Assembly (NCBI GenBank): GCA_050186295.1
Contig: JBFWYP010000011.1
Coordinates: 24,889-88,888, forward strand
Source of the DNA: Thermoanaerobaculia bacterium
GTDB lineage: Bacteria > Acidobacteriota > Thermoanaerobaculia > Multivoradales > JAGPDF01
DNA length: 64,000 bases
Reading direction: 5' to 3'
Of this stretch, positions 21,015 through 27,631 are shown piece after piece (position 1 is the first letter of the stretch; each line of letters opens with the position of its first letter). A model generated the notes under the pieces. That model searched no databases. It saw only the letters and a list, made by a program, of their open reading frames with translations, and had not been told where the DNA came from. The position numbers were made by a program, and so were the translations under genes.

Positions 21015-24000
21015 TCAGTAGCTGACCTTCAGCTGGTACGTCGTCTTGGTCGACGAGTAGCGGTAGACCCGGACGTAGACGTTGATCGCCGAGCTGCCGC
21101 TGTTGGTCCACGAAGCGCTTTCCGGAGTCGATCCGCTGTTGGTCGAGCTGGCGACCGCGCTGCCGCTGGTGGAGTTGTAGATGTAGAGGTCGTAGTCGAC
21201 CGAGAGACCGTCCAGCAGACCGGTCACCGTGGCTCCGGCCGGAAGCGAGAGCCGGAAGTAGTCACTCGAGTTGGACTCGCCGATGAACGTCCCCGAGATC
21301 TGGTTGCAGGCCCCGGTGATCGTCTGCGGTGCGGTGCGGCTGTTGTTCGGCTCGATGTCGCCGGTCGCCGTGCACCCGCCCCCACCGGCCGTGTAGCTGC
21401 CGACCAGGGAGAGTCCCGAGTAGGCCGAGTACCCACGCAGCATCACGTGGTACGTGCCGGTCGACGGCGTCGGGAAGGTGCAGGTCTCGTTGTTGCCGCT
21501 GAGATACGGACGGCAGAGATAGGTCGTGGTCGTCGGAGGCGCACCGAAGTTGACGTAGAGGTCCGCGTCACCACTGCCGCCCGACGACTGGAACACCAGG
21601 TTGGACGAGCCGGCCGGGACGTTCATCGTCCAGAACTGCTCGCTGCCTGCCGCACCCGAAACTCCGGTCACCGGAACGCCGTTCGAGAGCACGCTGCTGC
21701 CGCCACCGCACGCGGCCGTGGTGACCGACGCCTGCGACGAGTTGCCCGACGAGCAGGTGCCGTTCGAGGCGGAGACCACGTAGTAGTACGTCGTGTTGCA
21801 GGTGAGACCGCTGTCGGCGAACGACGTCGAAGCGGAGGTCCCGACCGAACTGTAGGGGCCGCCGCTCGAAGTGGAGCGCGAGATGGCGTAGGACGTGGCT
21901 CCCGACGAGGCGCTCCACGAGACCGACGCCGCAGTCTGCGACGACGACGAAGCCGAGACACCGGTCGGCGCCGCCGGCGGTGTGCAGGGTGCGGAGTAGC
22001 TGCCCACCAGCGATACCCCGGAGTAGGCCGAGTAGCCGCGCAGCATCACGTGGTACGTGCCGGTCGAGGGCGACGGGATGGTGCAGGTCTCGTTGTTGCC
22101 GTTGAGATACGGCCGGCAGTCGTACGTCGTGGTGGTCGGCGCGGAGCCGAACCGGACGTACATGTCGGCGTCGCCCGAGCCGCCCGAGATCTGGAACACC
22201 AGATTGGAAGCGCCGGAGGGGACGTCCATCGTCCAGAACTGCTCGCTCCCGGTGGCGCCCGAGATGCCGGTGACCGGAACGCCGTTCGAGAGCACGCTGC
22301 TGCCGCCGCCGCACGCGGCGGTGGTCACCGACGCTTGCGACGAATTGCCGGACGAGCAGCTGCCGTTCGACGCCGAGACGACGTAGTAGTAGGTCGTGTT
22401 GCAGGAGAGACCGCTGTCGGAGAACGAGGTCGAAGCCGACGTGCCGACCGCCGAGTACGGACCGCCGCTCGAAGTCGCGCGGGAGATCGTGTACGAGGTG
22501 GCTCCCGACGAGGCGCTCCAGGAGACGGAGGCCGCCGTCTGGGACGACGAGGACGCCGAGACCCCGGTCGGCGCCGCGGGCGGCGTGCAGCTGCCACCGG
22601 ACGGAGTCACCGAACGGCAGGTCGACGGGGCCGACGCCGCAGCCTCGTTGCCCGAGGGCTGCGCCACGACCTGGTAGTAGTAGGTGTAGCCGTTGGCGAC
22701 CGCGTTGTCGGTGTAGCCGCTGCCGGAGACGTCGTTGGCCACCTTGGTGAAGCCGGCGCTGCAGCCGGCCTCGTTGCGGTAGACGTCGTAGACGCCGGAG
22801 GAGCCGCTCCACGAGAGCGACGCCGAGTTGGCGCCGCCCGTGGCGGTGAGGCTCGGTACGGCCGGCGGGGTCACCGCCGCGTTCGTCGTGTTCCAGCCGC
22901 TGTCGGTGGTGCAGGCGATGCCGTGGCGGTTGAACGCCGCCGCGATGGCGCCGCCATGCGGCGTGCCGTCGCTCAGGTTGCCGTTGTCGTCATCGATCGT
23001 GCGCATGGCCCGGAAGTAGGAGCCGGTGAAGCAGCCGTTCGACGACCAGGTCCCGGAGGCGGTGCAGTTGAAGCCCTTGGTGGAGGTGGACCGGGAGAGG
23101 TACCAGAGGCGGTCGACCGTGGCCCACGCGGCGCCGCTGCCGGGGTTCGGCATGTCGCGGTTGGCGAGGTCCCACAGGGCTTCGGAGGAGACGTACGACT
23201 CGCAGTGTCCTTCACGGCCGCAGGGTCCCTTGTAGTTGGAGCTCGTGGGGCAGCGTGCCTGGGTGAAGTTCGACACCGTCGAGGCGGTGTTGGCGCTGTG
23301 CTTCGCCCAGTCGATGTCGCGGACGCCGGAGCAGCTGGTGCACGAGTTGCCGTAGCCGCCGCAGTTCGACGAACCGAGGAAGCCGTTGCCGATGCAGGAG
23401 CTGTGGGTGAAGAGCGCGGCCGAGAAGTCGCCGTAGGTCTCGCCGGTGCCGTTGTCCGCCGACGAACCGTTGCCGTCGTTCGAGTCGAGGCCGTGGCCCC
23501 ACTCGTGGAGCGAGACGCCCGGCAGCTCGCCGGTGTTGGCGCAGCCGCCGCCCGACTTGAAGAAGTTGAGCGCCGAGCCGTCCCAGTAGGCGTTGCAGGT
23601 CTGGTTCAGGTTGACCTTGACGGTGAGCGCGCCGTTGAGCCAGCTGTTCGACGGCAGCCAGCCGCGGCCGATCTCCTTGGCGCGGTTGACCATGTAGAAC
23701 TGGGTACGCGAGGCGTGCGTGTTGCCGGAGCCGCCGGTGCCGGGAGTCGTGCAGTCGGTGCCCGAGCCGGAGCCCATGGCGATCACGCCGGAGCCGTCGG
23801 CCGCCTTCGAGATCGATCCGCAGGTGTCGGTGATCCGCACGTACTGGCCCTGGAGGGTCGTCGTTCCGGTCGAACCGCTGAACAGACCCGCCGAGTTCGT
23901 GTAGGTGCCGGTGGCGACGTTCGCGAACGGCAGCGGCAGGACGACTTCGGTCGCCGGGCGATCGCTGCGATAGGCGCCGCCGGTCGCCGATCCGTACTCG

Positions 24001-24908
24001 TTCATGTCGTGGAAGGTGAGGAGTTCGCCGCTGGTGGCGTCGACCCGGCCGCGCCAGGTGCCCGGCATGCCGTCGCGGCGGAAGACGAACTCCCACACGC
24101 CGACGACGCCGCGGCCGTTGCCCGGCGCGTAGCCTTCGCCGAACCGGCTGCTGCTGCGCGAGACCGGGAAGATCCTGTAGGTGCCGTTGTCGATGATGGT
24201 GTCGCCGACCTGGAAACCGTCGGCGTGCGCGAAGAAGATCTGGCGGGCGCGATCACGGTTGATCCGCACTACCGGCGCCTGCGTGCCGCGCGACGGGAGA
24301 TTCTCGGTTCCGAAGGCGACGAGGTTGCCGTTGTTGACGTAGAAGACGACGCGCGCACCTTCGATCGGGCGACCGCCGAGCAGGACGTCGAAGTCGACGA
24401 ACCAGACATGGTCGCCGCGCTGGCCGGAACGGCCGGAGTTCAGCACCAGAGTCGCGGGGTCGACACCCAGAGCATCGGCGAGCTCGGCGACCTGGCCGCG
24501 TGCCAGGGCCTCGAGATAACCGAGTCCGATCGGCGCGCCCGCCGCGAGACCGAGGTCCGCATCGCGCAGGGAGTTGCCCGCGCCCGGGATCCAGGCGATG
24601 TTGCCGCCTTCGGCGTAGTCGATGCTGCCCGTCCGCCGGTCGACGTAGCTCGTCCAGACGACACTCTGGGCGCCGGCGAACTGCTGCCAGCGGGCGTCGA
24701 CACCCTCGTTCGCGAACGAGAGCCCGTCCTCGAGGAGGACCGGATCGTTGCTGGTGCGCAGCATGTCGCTGTCGATCTGGCGGGCGGCGAGGCCGTCACC
24801 CGCATCGCGCAGCGATTGCGCGGTGGCCGGAGCGACCACCAGTCCCGCGAACGCGAGAGTTGCCACGAGGACCGTCATCTGTTTCCACCTTCTGGCGCAT
24901 CCATTCAT
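21015..24908 (-). CDS. Large secreted thermolysin-like (gluzincin HEXXH...ExxxD) metalloprotease with FN3 and pre-peptidase C-terminal (PPC) domains
   Basis: ORF 21015..24938. I prefer the ATG at 24908 (MNGCARRW...) because AAGGAG lies 9 nt upstream. The signal peptide is MTVLVATLAFAGLVVAPATAQS. The catalytic motif is LHEWGHGLD...TGETYGDFSA. Three FN3-like units are present (SASLSWS / SVSWSASSGATSY). Three PPC-like units are present (GGSGDADMYV / GGSGDADLYV / DYDLYIY). Confidence 0.85.
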   Translation of the reverse strand: MNGCARRWKQMTVLVATLAFAGLVVAPATAQSLRDAGDGLAARQIDSDMLRTSNDPVLLEDGLSFANEGVDARWQQFAGAQSVVWTSYVDRRTGSIDYAEGGNIAWIPGAGNSLRDADLGLAAGAPIGLGYLEALARGQVAELADALGVDPATLVLNSGRSGQRGDHVWFVDFDVLLGGRPIEGARVVFYVNNGNLVAFGTENLPSRGTQAPVVRINRDRARQIFFAHADGFQVGDTIIDNGTYRIFPVSRSSSRFGEGYAPGNGRGVVGVWEFVFRRDGMPGTWRGRVDATSGELLTFHDMNEYGSATGGAYRSDRPATEVVLPLPFANVATGTYTNSAGLFSGSTGTTTLQGQYVRITDTCGSISKAADGSGVIAMGSGSGTDCTTPGTGGSGNTHASRTQFYMVNRAKEIGRGWLPSNSWLNGALTVKVNLNQTCNAYWDGSALNFFKSGGGCANTGELPGVSLHEWGHGLDSNDGNGSSADNGTGETYGDFSAALFTHSSCIGNGFLGSSNCGGYGNSCTSCSGVRDIDWAKHSANTASTVSNFTQARCPTSSNYKGPCGREGHCESYVSSEALWDLANRDMPNPGSGAAWATVDRLWYLSRSTSTKGFNCTASGTWSSNGCFTGSYFRAMRTIDDDNGNLSDGTPHGGAIAAAFNRHGIACTTDSGWNTTNAAVTPPAVPSLTATGGANSASLSWSGSSGVYDVYRNEAGCSAGFTKVANDVSGSGYTDNAVANGYTYYYQVVAQPSGNEAAASAPSTCRSVTPSGGSCTPPAAPTGVSASSSSQTAASVSWSASSGATSYTISRATSSGGPYSAVGTSASTSFSDSGLSCNTTYYYVVSASNGSCSSGNSSQASVTTAACGGGSSVLSNGVPVTGISGATGSEQFWTMDVPSGASNLVFQISGGSGDADMYVRFGSAPTTTTYDCRPYLNGNNETCTIPSPSTGTYHVMLRGYSAYSGVSLVGSYSAPCTPPAAPTGVSASSSSQTAASVSWSASSGATSYAISRSTSSGGPYSSVGTSASTSFADSGLTCNTTYYYVVSASNGTCSSGNSSQASVTTAACGGGSSVLSNGVPVTGVSGAAGSEQFWTMNVPAGSSNLVFQSSGGSGDADLYVNFGAPPTTTTYLCRPYLSGNNETCTFPTPSTGTYHVMLRGYSAYSGLSLVGSYTAGGGGCTATGDIEPNNSRTAPQTITGACNQISGTFIGESNSSDYFRLSLPAGATVTGLLDGLSVDYDLYIYNSTSGSAVASSTNSGSTPESASWTNSGSSAINVYVRVYRYSSTKTTYQLKVSY
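21390..22589 (-). repeat. Tandem in-frame duplication (units 21987-22589 and 21390-21986) inside the protease gene
   Basis: There are two consecutive units of about 200 aa each, FN3 plus PPC, both beginning CTPPAAPTGVSASSSSQTAASVSWSASSGATSY. They differ at only scattered residues. Long nucleotide runs are also near-identical, for example around 21661-21760 versus 22264-22363. Confidence 0.9.
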
Positions 24909-25167
24909 GACTTGCATCTCCTTGGGGCGTAAGCGCACACGGTTCTTTCCGCGAGCGCGATCGAGCCAATCGCGTCACACGGACACACGAGTCGCCACAC
25001 CCCACGGCTCGTCGCCCGTCCCGGTCTCTGACGTCGCCGTCGGCGACCGGTTCTTGTGGAGTGCTGCGCTGCGGAACTGCAACCTTTGAGGGTTGGACGG
25101 ACCTTAGGAAGGATCGCGCCGCTTGTCAAGAGTTTTCTTTCGTCCCATCCTTGGCATCATCCGCGCC

Positions 25168-27252
25168 ATGTTCCGCCGCCTCGCGATCGCCGGGATCGCC
25201 CTGGTCCCGCTGCTTTGCGGCGAGCCGGCGGCCGCGGCGGAAGCGCCTGCGGGCGGGTCCGGACCGCCCAACGTCGTCCTCGTCACCCTCGACACGACGC
25301 GCGCCGATCACCTCGGGATCGCCGGCTGGCCGCACGCGGCGACCCCGGTGCTGGACGGACTGGCCGGTCGCGGAACCCGCTTCCCGCGCTGCGACAGCGC
25401 GGCGCCGATCACCCTGCCGTCGCACGCGACGATCCTCACCGGACTCTTCCCGCCGCGCCACGGGGTGCGCGACAACGGCACATTCACCCTGGCCGCCGGG
25501 GTCGAGACCCTGGCCGAGCGCCTGACGGCGCACGGGTACGACAGCGCGGCGGTGGTCTCGGCGATCGTCCTCGCGCGCCGGCACGGTCTCGACCAGGGGT
25601 TCCGGATCTACGACGACGACCTCGGCGGCGATCCGGCATCGGGTTCCGCGCGGGAGGAGCGTCGGGCGGACGCCACCACCGACGCGGCGATCGCCCGCCT
25701 CGCCGCCCTGCGTCCGCCGTTCTTCCTCTGGGTGCACTACTACGATCCGCACGAGGAGTACCGGCCGCCGGCGCGCTTCGCCGACGCGGCCGGCGGCCCG
25801 ACCCGGCTCTACGACGGCGAGATCGCCTTCATGGATGCGGAGATCGGCCGGCTGCTCGCGGCGCTCCCGGAGCGGACGGTGATCGCGGCGGTCGGCGATC
25901 ACGGCGAGATGCTCGGCGAGCACGGCGAGGTGTCGCACGGCCTCCTGCCGCTCGCGGCGGCGCGCCGGGTGCCGCTGATCCTCGCCGGCCCCGGGGTGCC
26001 CGCGGGGAGGAGCCCGGACTGTCTCGTGCGCACGGCCGACCTCGCTCCGACGCTGCTGGCGCTCGCCGGCGTGCCGGCGGGCGACGGGCTGGACGGTACG
26101 CCGCTGCTTCCGCTCGACGCGCCGGGAAGCTGCGAACGGATCTCCTACAGCGAGAGCTTCCTGCCGTTCTACGCCTACAAGTGGTTCCCGTTGCGGACGC
26201 TGTCGGACGGCCGGGCGCTCTTCGTCGACGCACCGCAGCCGTCGCTCTTCCGGCTCGACGTCGATCCCGGCGAAGCGGACGATCTCGCGCAGCGGGAGCC
26301 GGCGCTCCTCGCCCTCTGGAGCGGTCGCATTTCGCGCTGGAAGCGGAGCTGGGGGGAGGAGGGGACAGCGGTCGCGCCGCCGGCCGCAGCGCTCGACGAA
26401 GAGCAGATGCGACAGCTGGCGAGTCTCGGCTATCTCGGCGGAGGCGGGAGCGGCGAGGTGTCGGTCGATCTGCCCGATCCGCGTCTCCGCGTCGACGTCG
26501 CCCGCCGGCTGCACGAGGCGGCGGACGCGGTGCGGGAGGGGCGCTGCGCGGAGACGCTGCGCGAGCTGCAGGCGATCGTCGAGCGCGACCCGCACAACTT
26601 CCCGGCCCTCTCGCTTGCCGGCCAGTGCCTGCGCGACGCGGGCCGCGATCGCGAGGCGCTGGCGCTCTTCGACCGGGCGGCGGCGGAGAACCCGGCCTCG
26701 GCGGTGCCGGTGGCGAACCGCGCGGGCTGCCTTCTGCGTCTGGGCCGGAAGGAGGAGGCGGAGCGCGAGTTCCGCCACGCCCTGGTGCTCGATCCCACCC
26801 AGGGGGATTCGGCGGCGAATCTCGCCCGGCTGCGGCGCGAGAGCGGGCATCCGGACGAAGCGCTCGCGCTGCTCGACGCGGCCCTCGCCGCGGGCGGGGT
26901 CGATCCGGTGCTCTATCTCGAGCGCGGCACGGTGCGCGCGGCCGGCGGGAACCTCGTGGCGGCGCTCGCCGACTTCCGCGAGGCGGCACGGCGCGCGCCG
27001 GAGGATCCGGTGGCGCTCGAGAACGCCGGCCGCGCCGCCTTCCACCTCGGCCGGCTCGGCGACGCCGCGGCGAGCTACGAAGCGCTCGCCCGCCTCGCGC
27101 CCGGGCGGGTCGACGTCTGGAAGACGCTCGCCGCCCTCTACCTCGAGCTCGGCGACGCCGCCGGCGTCGAGCGCTCGGCGCGCGAGGCGCTCCGACTGGA
27201 GCAGGATCCGGGTGAGCGTGAGCGACTTCTGGTCCTTCTGGAGCACCCGTAG
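25168..27252 (+). CDS. Sulfatase-family (alkaline-phosphatase superfamily) enzyme fused to C-terminal TPR repeats
   Basis: This is the internal ATG of ORF 25123..27252. The signal peptide is MFRRLAIAGIALVPLLCGEPAAAAEA. The sulfatase N-terminal motifs are NVVLVTLDTTRADHLG and PITLPSHATILTG. DHGEMLGEHG is also present. The C-terminal half is TPR-like (LGRKEEAEREFRHALVLDP and similar). Confidence 0.85.
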   Translation: MFRRLAIAGIALVPLLCGEPAAAAEAPAGGSGPPNVVLVTLDTTRADHLGIAGWPHAATPVLDGLAGRGTRFPRCDSAAPITLPSHATILTGLFPPRHGVRDNGTFTLAAGVETLAERLTAHGYDSAAVVSAIVLARRHGLDQGFRIYDDDLGGDPASGSAREERRADATTDAAIARLAALRPPFFLWVHYYDPHEEYRPPARFADAAGGPTRLYDGEIAFMDAEIGRLLAALPERTVIAAVGDHGEMLGEHGEVSHGLLPLAAARRVPLILAGPGVPAGRSPDCLVRTADLAPTLLALAGVPAGDGLDGTPLLPLDAPGSCERISYSESFLPFYAYKWFPLRTLSDGRALFVDAPQPSLFRLDVDPGEADDLAQREPALLALWSGRISRWKRSWGEEGTAVAPPAAALDEEQMRQLASLGYLGGGGSGEVSVDLPDPRLRVDVARRLHEAADAVREGRCAETLRELQAIVERDPHNFPALSLAGQCLRDAGRDREALALFDRAAAENPASAVPVANRAGCLLRLGRKEEAEREFRHALVLDPTQGDSAANLARLRRESGHPDEALALLDAALAAGGVDPVLYLERGTVRAAGGNLVAALADFREAARRAPEDPVALENAGRAAFHLGRLGDAAASYEALARLAPGRVDVWKTLAALYLELGDAAGVERSAREALRLEQDPGERERLLVLLEHP

Positions 27253-27330
27253 CGTCCGGACGACGCCGGGGTTCACGACACGGGTCGGCGACCATGGGGA
27301 GTGTGAGGTCGTTCACGGCGATTTCTCGAT

Positions 27331-27344
27331 GGGGGGGGGGGGGG
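27331..27344. repeat. Homopolymeric tract of 14 G
   Basis: Counted directly: ...atttctcgat-GGGGGGGGGGGGGG-atgctc. It lies in the intergenic region, 12 nt upstream of the AGGAGG SD and 25 nt upstream of the ATG at 27370. Confidence 0.95.
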
Positions 27345-27369
27345 ATGCTCTTCGACAGGAGGAATTGCC

Positions 27370-27612
27370 ATGAAGAAGAGAATCGGTGGACTCCTCGTAT
27401 TCGCGGTGGTGTTGCTGTTCGTTTCACCCGGCTCGCTCGAATCCTCTCAGTGCAGCGGATCGGTTCTCTGCGACGCGAAGTGCGATCCCTGGTACAGCGC
27501 GTGCGACATCAATTCGTGCACGGGCGGATGCTGGTGCAAGACGCAAGCGGTGGGTCATTGCAGCGGCGGCGCGTCCTGTCCGCAATGCGGCTCGCTCAAG
27601 TCCGGCTTCTGA
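27370..27612 (+). CDS. Secreted cysteine-rich mini-protein (80 aa precursor, 10 Cys in about 55 aa mature part), unknown family
   Basis: ORF 27370..27612. A canonical AGGAGG lies 7 nt upstream. The Sec-type signal is MKKRIGGLLVFAVVLLFVSPGSLES. The mature part has the pattern C-x5-C-x3-C-x6-C-x4-C-x3-C-x-C-x7-C-x5-C-x2-C. A hand count gives 148/243 G+C, about 61%. Confidence 0.7.
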   Translation: MKKRIGGLLVFAVVLLFVSPGSLESSQCSGSVLCDAKCDPWYSACDINSCTGGCWCKTQAVGHCSGGASCPQCGSLKSGF

Positions 27613-27631
27613 AGGGAGGCCCTCTGCTGCC

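Noticed and set aside
21390-22589. A diversity-generating retroelement (template/variable repeat pair) as an explanation for the two near-identical units.
   Set aside because: The units are adjacent, in-frame whole-domain copies. The differences are not confined to adenine-encoded positions. No reverse transcriptase is nearby. A simple tandem duplication fits better.
20853-24932. A 1,359-aa + strand ORF, the longest ORF in the track for this region.
   Set aside because: It runs antisense to the protease gene. It is a monotonous Arg/Ala/Gly/Val composition with no recognisable motifs. The opposite strand encodes clear domains (HEXXH, FN3, PPC). It is a typical high-GC shadow ORF.
25152-25167. 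A sigma-54-like TGGCAT element upstream of the sulfatase-TPR gene. It is relevant because a sigma-54 activator is encoded nearby.
   Set aside because: The -12 element TTGC is absent (it reads CCGCGCC). The motif also abuts the ATG, leaving no room for a leader.
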